Assembly: GCA_028698185.1 (NCBI GenBank)
Contig: JAQVDW010000003.1
Span: forward strand, 115,312 to 147,311
Source of the DNA: Erysipelotrichaceae bacterium
GTDB taxonomy: Bacteria; Bacillota_I; Bacilli_A; Erysipelotrichales; Coprobacillaceae
Length of the DNA: 32,000 nt
Reading direction: 5' to 3'
Part shown: in pieces, positions 24,409 through 32,000 of the stretch
How the letters are laid out: each line of letters starts with the position of its first letter
Numbering within the stretch: the first letter of the stretch is position 1
Position numbers and translations under genes: made by a program
The notes under the pieces: model-generated
Seen by the model: the letters and a program-made list of their open reading frames with translations, nothing else
Told to the model about the DNA's origin: nothing
The model's database searches: none

Positions 24409-25372
24409 GATAATCAAGGAAAACATGGAACCATTGAATGGTCAGTCCATAAAAGAAGCTCTCGAGCGTTACAACATCAGCGTCGATGTCAAGACCGTCC
24501 AAAAATCGATAATCAAGATTAATGAAATGACGCGTGTTGCTTTAGGGTACGATTTGGTTTATAATTTAAAAAAGAGGGGCTATTGCATTAAAAACAACTA
24601 TTTCAGCGATGGCCAGATCCAGTTTTTATTGGATGTCGTATTGTCGAATGACAATCTTTCAAAGGATTCGAAGACCCAGCTTGAGTCAAAACTGAAGTTC
24701 CTGGCCAGCGAAAACCAGCTTGCCGGTATGAATTTCACCAAGAAGGCCAGCGGCAATCTTGATTACGATCTGCTTTTGAATCTTTCAACCATAATCAAGG
24801 CAATCAACAACAAGAAAAACATCATCTTCAAATACATTACATATGATGTGGTTGATAACAAGCTGAATATTGTGGAAAACAAAGGGGGTAATTGCACTGT
24901 AAATGGAAACAATTATTACATGATTTCTCCTTATCGCCTGGTAATGGACAACTCAAATTACTATGTGCTGGGCCACTATAATCAAAGGTCCGATTCATTG
25001 AGTGTTTATCGCGTGGACCGGATGCGTCTGGTTCAGACTTACAAAGGGCGATTTGTCAAGGAGCCCAAGGAACAAATAATCGACAATTATTTGAAAAACA
25101 ATGTCAACATGTACATTTCTGCTTCATCGAGCAGCCTGGAATTCATTTTCACCAATAAGGTTATCCGGGAAATCGGAGCCAAGTTTGGCGATGACCTGTG
25201 GGTTGAAAAAGTCGGTGAAAAGTATCGGGGCATAATTCATGATGTCAACATCAACGATGGTCTGATCGGATGGATCATGATGCTAAACAGCGAGATTGAG
25301 ATTGTAAAACCCGCCAGCCTTAAACAACAGATAAGAGAAAAGGTCGCTATCTTGAAGAATACCTACAAATAA
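24380..25372 (+). CDS. WYL-domain transcriptional regulator (N-terminal wHTH, WYL, C-terminal WCX-like)
   Basis: The HTH region is RMYYIVKIIKEN..LNGQSIKEALERYNISVDVKTVQKSIIKINE. The WYL core is IIFKYITYD...YMISPYRLVMDNSNYYVLGHYNQRSDSLSVYRVDRMRLV (YYVLG replaces WYLxG, and the YRVDRM motif is present). The alternative start ATG 24425 would delete helix 1, so 24380 is preferred. Confidence 0.8.
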   Translation: MLVRMYYIVKIIKENMEPLNGQSIKEALERYNISVDVKTVQKSIIKINEMTRVALGYDLVYNLKKRGYCIKNNYFSDGQIQFLLDVVLSNDNLSKDSKTQLESKLKFLASENQLAGMNFTKKASGNLDYDLLLNLSTIIKAINNKKNIIFKYITYDVVDNKLNIVENKGGNCTVNGNNYYMISPYRLVMDNSNYYVLGHYNQRSDSLSVYRVDRMRLVQTYKGRFVKEPKEQIIDNYLKNNVNMYISASSSSLEFIFTNKVIREIGAKFGDDLWVEKVGEKYRGIIHDVNINDGLIGWIMMLNSEIEIVKPASLKQQIREKVAILKNTYK

Positions 25373-25389
25373 TTAGCCAAAACAAAATC

Positions 25390-25457
25390 TTAACCTATTC
25401 TTAACATTACTTAACTGAAATTTGCTTTTTTAAAGAGTTACAATCGATTATTATAAT
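25390..25457 (+). promoter_or_regulatory. Pho-box-like direct repeats plus -10 element upstream of pstS
   Basis: TTAACC (25390), TTAACA (25401) and TTAACT (25411) are spaced 11 and 10 bp apart, with TTACAA at 25438. TATAAT is at 25452-25457, and the hexamer at the -35 position (TTTAAA) is poor. The B. subtilis PhoP box consensus is TT(A/T/C)ACA repeats at about 11-bp phasing. Confidence 0.6.
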
Positions 25458-25493
25458 AACGTCTTAACCAAGAAAAAAGGAAGGAATTTTGAA

Positions 25494-26321
25494 ATGAAAA
25501 AGTTAGTTAGTTTGTTTTTAGCTTTTGTAATGGCTGTTGGTCTAGTAGGATGTGGATCTTCAAGCGATAATGGAAATTCATCAGTTGGCGGTGTTGTAAA
25601 ATTAGATGGTTCCACTTCAATGGAAAAATTGGTTGGAGCATTATCAGAAGCGATGCCTGAGGCATATCCAAATATTTCATTGGAAGCTCAATTCACCGGA
25701 TCTTCATCAGGAATCAAGGCATTGATTGCCGGGACTGCCGATATCGGTGATGCTTCTCGAAATCTTAAAGATGATGAAATCGCCTCTGGAGCGGTCGAAA
25801 ACATCGTGGCAATCGACGGGATTGCAGTAGCTGTTAATCCAAACTTAAGAGTAGGGGATATCACTTCTGAACAATTGGCACAAATTTATACCGGTGAAAT
25901 CACAAACTGGTCACAATTGGGTGGTCAAAATGAAGCAATCGTTGTAATCGGACGTGACTCGGCTTCGGGAACTCGTGGTGCCTTCGAAGAAATCCTGGAT
26001 ATTGAAGGTGCATGCAAATATGCACAAGAAATCGAATCAACTGGTGCGGTAGTGGCGAAAGTCGCTTCAATCGAAGGAGCTATCGGATACGTATCATTGG
26101 ACATGATCGATGACACTGTAAAAGCCATGTCTTTAAATGGAGTGGCGCCTTCAAATGAAACCATTGCAGATGGTTCATACACATTGGCTCGTCCATTCGT
26201 AATGGCGACTATGGGAGAAATATCTCAACAGTCTGAAGCAGTTAAAGCAGTCTTCGATTTCATCGCATCGGAAGATGGTCAAAAAGTGTTGGAAGCTGTA
26301 GGATTAGTAGGAGTGAATTAA
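25494..26321 (+). CDS. pstS: phosphate ABC transporter substrate-binding lipoprotein
   Basis: The lipobox is LVGC (Cys20). The motifs GSTSM...TGSSSG...ASR...GRDSASGTR are typical of PstS/PBP-like_2 proteins. Confidence 0.93.
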   Translation: MKKLVSLFLAFVMAVGLVGCGSSSDNGNSSVGGVVKLDGSTSMEKLVGALSEAMPEAYPNISLEAQFTGSSSGIKALIAGTADIGDASRNLKDDEIASGAVENIVAIDGIAVAVNPNLRVGDITSEQLAQIYTGEITNWSQLGGQNEAIVVIGRDSASGTRGAFEEILDIEGACKYAQEIESTGAVVAKVASIEGAIGYVSLDMIDDTVKAMSLNGVAPSNETIADGSYTLARPFVMATMGEISQQSEAVKAVFDFIASEDGQKVLEAVGLVGVN

Positions 26322-26324
26322 TTT

Positions 26325-27260
26325 ATGGAAGCTAAAAATTTATCGATTTTTAGCAGCCGCAAATCTAAATCAGTGACAGAGCGCACAGCTGCGATTATCC
26401 TTCGCATCTGTGCCATTATGTCTATAGTGGCGGTTGCTTCAATAACAATTTATATGGTCATATCCGGAACCCCAGCCTTGTTCAGCCAGGGTTTTGCAGA
26501 TATCCTTTTCAATCCGGTTTGGAATCCAACCGGAAAGAATCCGGAATTCGGGATTTTATATATTATCATTACCTCGATTTTCGGTGTGGCTGCAGCTATC
26601 GTGATTGGTGTTCCAATCGGGTTGCTTACAGCGGTTTACCTTTCTGAAATCGCGCAGCCTAGAGCGCGAACTGTAGTCCGTTCGGCAGTTGAACTTTTAG
26701 CCGGAATTCCTTCTGTAATATATGGTTTACTTGGTATTCTTATTATCAACCCAGTGATGTACGATATTGAAAGGGCGCTGTTTGCCAATGATCCAAACCA
26801 TCAGATGACTGGTGGATCCAATTTGCTGTCAGCCATCCTGGTATTGGCAATAATGATTCTACCAACCCTTATCAACATTTCGCAAACGGCGTTGGAGGCT
26901 GTACCTGACAACTTCCGCAAATCATCTTTGGCGCTTGGTGCAAGCAAAATCCAGACGATTTTCAAGGTGGTCATTCCCGCTGCCCGCAACGGAATCTTGT
27001 CGGCCATTGTCTTGGGTGTCGGCCGGGCAATCGGGGAAGCGATGGCAATCGTTCTGGTTTCGGGGAACTCAGTCAATTTCCCGACACCATTTGCCTCAGT
27101 TAGGTTCCTGACAACCGGAATCGTTACTGATTTTGCCTATGCAACAGGTGTCCATCTCGATGTTTTGTATACTATCGGTTTGGTTTTGTTTGTGTTTATT
27201 ATCGTCATCAATATTGTATTGACCAAGGTTGTCAAAGCAGGAGTGGCAAATGGCAAATAA
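26325..27260 (+). CDS. pstC: phosphate ABC transporter permease PstC
   Basis: It is polytopic, with the EAA-loop region ALEAVPDNFRKSSLALGASKIQTIFKVVIPAA, and holds the first permease position after pstS. Confidence 0.92.
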   Translation: MEAKNLSIFSSRKSKSVTERTAAIILRICAIMSIVAVASITIYMVISGTPALFSQGFADILFNPVWNPTGKNPEFGILYIIITSIFGVAAAIVIGVPIGLLTAVYLSEIAQPRARTVVRSAVELLAGIPSVIYGLLGILIINPVMYDIERALFANDPNHQMTGGSNLLSAILVLAIMILPTLINISQTALEAVPDNFRKSSLALGASKIQTIFKVVIPAARNGILSAIVLGVGRAIGEAMAIVLVSGNSVNFPTPFASVRFLTTGIVTDFAYATGVHLDVLYTIGLVLFVFIIVINIVLTKVVKAGVANGK

Positions 27261-27294
27261 CAGTGGCGATAAGGAATTAGTGAGGAGTGCGAAT

Positions 27295-28155
27295 ATGCGA
27301 AGCATATATGATAAAAAAAGACGCGTCAGTGATACGATCTTGAATGGACTGATCCATTTGAGTACAGGCTTTGCTTTGACGATTGTTCTTGTTATATTGG
27401 GGTATATAGCCTTCCGGGGGGTTCCGGAATTGGATTTTGGCTATTTTATCAACCAGACAAGTATTTTGAAAAATACAGTGGGTATTTTGCCGAATATTAT
27501 CAATACGCTATATATGATTGTATTGACCCTGTTGATTGCCGTGCCAATCGGGGTCGGAGGCGCGATATACTTGAATGAATATGCCGACGGAGGCCGTTTC
27601 GTTGACCTTGTGAGTTTTACGACCGAGGTTCTTTCGGGTATTCCTTCAATTGTATATGGACTTTTCGGTTACTTGTTTTTCGGGATTTTCATGGGACTTT
27701 CTTATTCGATTTTGACCGGGGCGTTAACGTTGGCTATCATGGTTTTGCCATTGATTTCCCGCAATACCCAGGTTGCCCTGGACAATGTTCCCAATTCATA
27801 TCGCGAAGCGGCGTTGGGAATCGGTTCAACCAAGTGGTACATGATCAGGACGGTGCTTCTGCCAAGCGCGATTCCGGGGATTTTGACCGGAATCATCCTG
27901 GCCATGGGTCGGGTAGTCGCTGAATCCGCAGCCTTGATTTTCACGGCCGGAGCGGTGGCGAAACTTCCGTCTAGCTTTTTTGGCCATATCACGACTTCGG
28001 GTGCGACGTTGACAATTCAGCTTTATTTTGAAATGGCAAAGGGGAACTTCGATATCGCCTTTGTAATTGCAGTTGTGCTGATGGTGATTGTCCTTACTTT
28101 GAATTTCCTGGCCCGCTGGATCTCGATGCGTTTTGATGTAAACAGAATAAAATAA
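27295..28155 (+). CDS. pstA: phosphate ABC transporter permease PstA
   Basis: I chose the ATG at 27295 (GTGAGGAG 6 nt upstream). The ORF-track start at 27229 overlaps pstC and lacks an RBS. The EAA loop is ALDNVPNSYREAALGIGSTKWYMIRTVLLP. Confidence 0.9.
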   Translation: MRSIYDKKRRVSDTILNGLIHLSTGFALTIVLVILGYIAFRGVPELDFGYFINQTSILKNTVGILPNIINTLYMIVLTLLIAVPIGVGGAIYLNEYADGGRFVDLVSFTTEVLSGIPSIVYGLFGYLFFGIFMGLSYSILTGALTLAIMVLPLISRNTQVALDNVPNSYREAALGIGSTKWYMIRTVLLPSAIPGILTGIILAMGRVVAESAALIFTAGAVAKLPSSFFGHITTSGATLTIQLYFEMAKGNFDIAFVIAVVLMVIVLTLNFLARWISMRFDVNRIK

Positions 28156-28167
28156 AGGATTATATAT

Positions 28168-28923
28168 ATGGAAAATAAGATTGTAGCAAAAAACTTAAAC
28201 CTCTGGTACGGTGAAAAGCAAGCCTTGAAGAATATCGATTTGGATATCAAGGAGAAATCAATTACCGCATTCATCGGACCTTCAGGATGTGGAAAATCGA
28301 CATTCCTGAAAACCTTGAACCGGATGAATGACTACGTTGACAATATCAGGATCGAAGGTGATGTCATTCTTGACGGTGAAAATATTTATGCCGATGGGGT
28401 CGATACGACAATCCTTCGAAAAAAAGTCGGGATGGTATTCCAACAACCGAACCCCTTCCCGATGACTATCTACGACAATGTCGCTTATGGGCCACGGATT
28501 CATGGCATCAAGGATCGCAAGACGCTAGATAAGATTGTCGAAGAATCACTTAAGGATGCGGCCTTATATGATGAGGTCAAGGATCGTTTGCATACCAATG
28601 CCCTAGGTCTTTCGGGTGGTCAGCAGCAGCGTCTTTGTATCGCCCGCTGTCTGGCGGTTGAACCTGAAGTTATCCTGTTAGATGAGCCGACTTCGGCCTT
28701 GGACCCTATTTCTACTTTGAAGATTGAAGAGCTGCTGATGGAGCTTAAGGCCAAATATACCATTGCAATTGTAACTCATAACATGCAACAGGCCAGTCGG
28801 ATTGCCGATTATACCGCCTTCTTCCTGATTGGTGAAATGATAGAATATGGAAAAACTGATGATCTGTTTTCAAGACCGCAAGATGAGCGGACTGAAAATT
28901 ACATTACAGGTCGCTTTGGATAG
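28168..28923 (+). CDS. pstB: phosphate ABC transporter ATP-binding protein
   Basis: Walker [13 protein letters not shown] signature LSGGQQQR and Walker [12 protein letters not shown] are present. The PstB-specific N terminus is [11 protein letters not shown]. Confidence 0.96.
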   Translation: MENKIVAKNLNLWYGEKQALKNIDLDIKEKSITAFIGPSGCGKSTFLKTLNRMNDYVDNIRIEGDVILDGENIYADGVDTTILRKKVGMVFQQPNPFPMTIYDNVAYGPRIHGIKDRKTLDKIVEESLKDAALYDEVKDRLHTNALGLSGGQQQRLCIARCLAVEPEVILLDEPTSALDPISTLKIEELLMELKAKYTIAIVTHNMQQASRIADYTAFFLIGEMIEYGKTDDLFSRPQDERTENYITGRFG

Positions 28924-28932
28924 GAGAAAAAT

Positions 28933-29592
28933 ATGTTAAGAAGCTCTTTTTTGAATGATCTTAATCAATTAAAAGTGGATTTGAACAAGATGTGTTATCT
29001 GGTTATCAAGCAGTTGGAAAACGGAATTGACGCTTTCAAGAATGACGACAAGGAACTAGCAAAAACAGTCATTCTTAAAGACAAGGAAGTCAATGACATG
29101 GAGCGCAAAATCGAAGCGGCCTGCCTGAACCTTATTTTAAGACAGCAACCGATTGCCCGCGATTTGCGAGATATCTCTACTGCCTTGAAAATTGTAACCG
29201 ACCTTGAAAGAATCGGTGACCAGATTGCCGATATTTGCGAAACTATTATCAGACTGAATGCGAAACACGCATTCAAAATGGTTGAAGATATCCCGGAAAT
29301 GGCTGAAATCGCGACCAAGATGGTGCGTGACGCGATTCAGTCTTTCAATGACAATGACATCATTTTGGCAAAAGAAGTCAAGTTGCGTGATGACAGGGTC
29401 GATGAACTCTTCAACAATGTCAAACTGGAATTGGTCGAAATAACCAAGAATGCTCCAGATCAGATTGATGCCTGCATCGAATTCACCATTATCGCCAAGT
29501 ATCTTGAAAGAATCGGGGATCATGCGGTAAATATCTGTGAATGGACTGAGTTCCAGGAAACAGGGGAAATGGATCATACCAGATTGATTTAG
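28933..29592 (+). CDS. phoU: phosphate signalling complex protein PhoU
   Basis: There are two PhoU repeats with the ERIGDxxxNI motifs (DLERIGDQIADICE and YLERIGDHAVNICE). Confidence 0.94.
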   Translation: MLRSSFLNDLNQLKVDLNKMCYLVIKQLENGIDAFKNDDKELAKTVILKDKEVNDMERKIEAACLNLILRQQPIARDLRDISTALKIVTDLERIGDQIADICETIIRLNAKHAFKMVEDIPEMAEIATKMVRDAIQSFNDNDIILAKEVKLRDDRVDELFNNVKLELVEITKNAPDQIDACIEFTIIAKYLERIGDHAVNICEWTEFQETGEMDHTRLI

Positions 29593-29601
29593 GAGGCAGT
29601 T

Positions 29602-30285
29602 ATGGCTGATAAAATTGTAGTTGTAGAAGATGACGAGAGCATCCGCGAGGTGATCGAAATTGCGTTGGGCTCGACGGGTTATAATATTACCGGTTTTGAC
29701 AATGCTTTGGATGCAATCGATTATATAAAATCAAATGTTGTCGACCTGGCCATTTTTGACGTGATGCTTCCGAAAATAAGCGGGATTGAAGCGATCAAAA
29801 TTATCCGGCAGACAAACGGCCAATTGCCGATATTGATTTTATCAGCGAAGGATCGGGAGATTGACAAGGTCAACGGTCTTGACAGCGGCGGTGATGATTA
29901 TCTTGCCAAGCCGTTTGGTATCCTAGAGCTCCAGGCCCGGGTCAGGGCTTTGATCCGTCGCAAGAAAACCACTGTTCGCGAACTGAAATCGCCGACTCTT
30001 GCCGTGAATTTGGCTACCAGGGTTGTGACTCAAAACGGGATTGAGGTCGATCTGACAAATAAAGAATATCAGCTACTTACCTATCTTATGGAAAACCGGA
30101 GCCGGGTAGTCGGCCGGGATGAGCTTCTCAACGAAATCTGGGGGTTTGATTTCATGGGAGAATCTCGGGCTCTTGATGTCCACGTCAGAGCGCTTCGCTC
30201 GAAACTGGATACGGAAACCACCAAATATATAGCGACAACCCGCGGGGTTGGATACCGGTTTGAAGAGAGAAATAACGATGAATAA
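29602..30285 (+). CDS. phoP: OmpR-family response regulator (PhoP/PhoB-like by context)
   Basis: The receiver domain has DD (E9-D10-D11) and D53 (FDVMLP). The C-terminal winged-helix region is LTNKEYQLLTYLMEN...VHVRALRSKL...TTRGVGYRF. It lies immediately downstream of pst-phoU. Confidence 0.85.
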   Translation: MADKIVVVEDDESIREVIEIALGSTGYNITGFDNALDAIDYIKSNVVDLAIFDVMLPKISGIEAIKIIRQTNGQLPILILSAKDREIDKVNGLDSGGDDYLAKPFGILELQARVRALIRRKKTTVRELKSPTLAVNLATRVVTQNGIEVDLTNKEYQLLTYLMENRSRVVGRDELLNEIWGFDFMGESRALDVHVRALRSKLDTETTKYIATTRGVGYRFEERNNDE

Positions 30286-31945
30286 AGCGATATTCAGATA
30301 TATGGCCGCTGCGATGACTTTGGTTTTTGTCATAGCAGTGGTCGTTAGTTCTATTGCCATAACGAATACCTTGCGATACCAGCAGGAGAAAATCGTTGAG
30401 TACACATTGGAGTCGACTGTGTCCTACGCCAAGCAAAATGATTTCAATCTTCCGACTTATTACAATTCCCAGATAATCCAGATCGCGGTGATCGACCAGG
30501 AAGGCGATATCGTCAAATATAACGGGATGGCGTCACCGACAAACCAGGCGGCAGCTGGAGAGTTTGTGGAAGCCAATCTGTTTGGCAATGGCAAGGAAAT
30601 ATATTACTCCACCCAGTTTGGCCAAAATGTCCTGGCGGTAGCCAAATCAGTTGACAACTATATAGTAAGGATAACGTTCGCATATCTAGGTTATGGCCAG
30701 ATATACTCGCAGCTTTTCAATCCTTTGTTTATAACCTATGTAATCTGCCTGGCCATCTGCTATCTTATCAGCATCTTGCTGGCCAAAAGGATGATCAAAC
30801 CGATCAATGAGGTTGCCAGCTACCTTGAAGATGTTCTTTTGAATGAAGAGAATGAGGACATCACAATCAAGGATAGCGAATACAACATCATCTTATCGAA
30901 AGCGAAACGGATTTCACGCCGGGTCAACAGCCAGATGCGCAAGATTCAGTTCGAGAAGTCAAGAATCAATTCGATTCTCGATCAGATGAAGGAAGGCTTT
31001 GTCCTGCTCAATGAAAAAAACCAGGTTATAATGGCGAACAAGAAGGCGCGCCAGATAAATTCGGCTGCATTCGTATACAAGCAACCGGCTGGTGCTTTTT
31101 TCTTCGACAGGAAGATTCTCGACGCCATCGAGTCGGTTGACGAGGAGATCAAATTCGATTACCAGTCAATTGATCGGATATATTCATGCATAATCACGAA
31201 AGTTGAATTCGGAGTGACGATACTTTTCATCAACGTCACCGACAACCGCAAGGCAATCCAGATGCGGAGTGAATTCTTCTCCAATGTTTCCCATGAATTG
31301 AAGACGCCGATAACTGCGATAAGGGGGTATAGCGATATCCTTATGGCCGGATATATAAAGAACCCAAAAACGCTGAGCGATATATATGTCAAGATAAACA
31401 AGGAATCGGTCAATATGACAAATCTTGTTTCAGACATCCTGATGATTTCGATGCTTGAAAACAACGCCATCGAAGTCGAATACAGCGACATCAGGCTCAC
31501 CAACGTTATCCAGGATGTGGTGGAAGCGCAATCGAAACTGATTCATGACAAGAACCTTGCGGTGAGTGTCGAGTGCGATGATATCTCATATCATGCCAAT
31601 TACAAGCATATCCATCAGCTGTTCAACAACCTGATATCCAATGCCTGCAAATACAACAAAGACAATGGCAAAGTCGATATCAAAGTCATGGAACAGGATA
31701 CTTACATCAATATCATCGTCAGCGACACCGGAAGGGGCATTGCGAAAAATGAGATTTCAAGAATTTTTGAGCGATTCTACAGGATCGATGACGGCCGGGA
31801 CAAGGAAACCGGGGGAACCGGGCTTGGTCTTGCAATTGTAAAACACATCGCAGCCCATTACAAAGGGGTTGTGACTGTAAATTCAGTTATTGGTGAAGGG
31901 TCGAAGTTCGTGGTCAATCTACCAAAGAAATCCAAGGGGCACTAA
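30278..31945 (+). CDS. phoR: sensor histidine kinase (PhoR-like by context)
   Basis: I chose the ATG at 30278 (ATGAATAA overlap with the regulator stop). There are two TM helices, a PAS-like region (LDQMKEGFVLLNEKNQVIMANKKA), the H-box FFSNVSHELKTPITAIRGY, the N-box NLISNACKY and G-boxes DTGRGI / GGTGLGLAIVK. Confidence 0.88.
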   Translation: MNKAIFRYMAAAMTLVFVIAVVVSSIAITNTLRYQQEKIVEYTLESTVSYAKQNDFNLPTYYNSQIIQIAVIDQEGDIVKYNGMASPTNQAAAGEFVEANLFGNGKEIYYSTQFGQNVLAVAKSVDNYIVRITFAYLGYGQIYSQLFNPLFITYVICLAICYLISILLAKRMIKPINEVASYLEDVLLNEENEDITIKDSEYNIILSKAKRISRRVNSQMRKIQFEKSRINSILDQMKEGFVLLNEKNQVIMANKKARQINSAAFVYKQPAGAFFFDRKILDAIESVDEEIKFDYQSIDRIYSCIITKVEFGVTILFINVTDNRKAIQMRSEFFSNVSHELKTPITAIRGYSDILMAGYIKNPKTLSDIYVKINKESVNMTNLVSDILMISMLENNAIEVEYSDIRLTNVIQDVVEAQSKLIHDKNLAVSVECDDISYHANYKHIHQLFNNLISNACKYNKDNGKVDIKVMEQDTYINIIVSDTGRGIAKNEISRIFERFYRIDDGRDKETGGTGLGLAIVKHIAAHYKGVVTVNSVIGEGSKFVVNLPKKSKGH

Positions 31946-32000
31946 GTTGCCTCTTTTTCATTGATTTTGGCAAGGATAACTGGGATAATTGAAAAAAGAG

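Noticed and set aside
1-32000. A search for CRISPR arrays, rRNA or tRNA genes, IS elements, integrases, long direct or inverted repeats, or prophage genes.
   Set aside because: I recognised none. Every intergenic region is under 270 bp and is accounted for by promoters, terminators or leaders. No spacer-repeat periodicity or transposase or integrase-like translation was seen.

Overview
The window is a chromosomal stretch from a low-to-moderate GC, Bacillota-style (monoderm) genome. This placement rests on the gene organisation (ispF-gltX, carAB, an Lrp-aminotransferase pair, pstSCAB-phoU-phoPR), GGAGG-type ribosome-binding sites, sigma-A-like promoters and hairpin-plus-U-tract terminators. 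Most of it is housekeeping: pyrG (3' part), ispF, gltX, asnB, two Cof-type HAD phosphatases, ilvA, carA/carB, a lactonase-AIM24-HAD operon, an Lrp/AsnC regulator with a class-I aminotransferase, and a complete phosphate-uptake and sensing operon. Two regions are not ordinary. (1) 8154-14721 is a tightly translationally coupled nine-gene operon. It encodes a secreted, anchor-less adhesin-like protein, a VirB11/TadA-type ATPase, an apparent TadB-TadC fusion platform protein, and six small proteins with pilin-type N termini. Five of these carry a Flp-like E-Y motif behind what looks like only a two-residue leader, and no prepilin peptidase gene is in the window. I consider this the best candidate for an undescribed Tad/Flp-like filament system. 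(2) 23755-25372 is a visibly AT-rich two-gene module, an unrecognisable 217-aa protein overlapping a WYL-domain regulator, wedged between the aminotransferase and pstS. A candidate leader-peptide, U-tract and terminator attenuator precedes carAB, and Pho-box-like repeats precede pstS. I found no rRNA, tRNA, CRISPR array, transposase or integrase. All calls come from reading the translations and sequence by eye. No HMM, BLAST or folding computation was possible, so family assignments are from-memory motif recognition and coordinates of small elements were hand counted.
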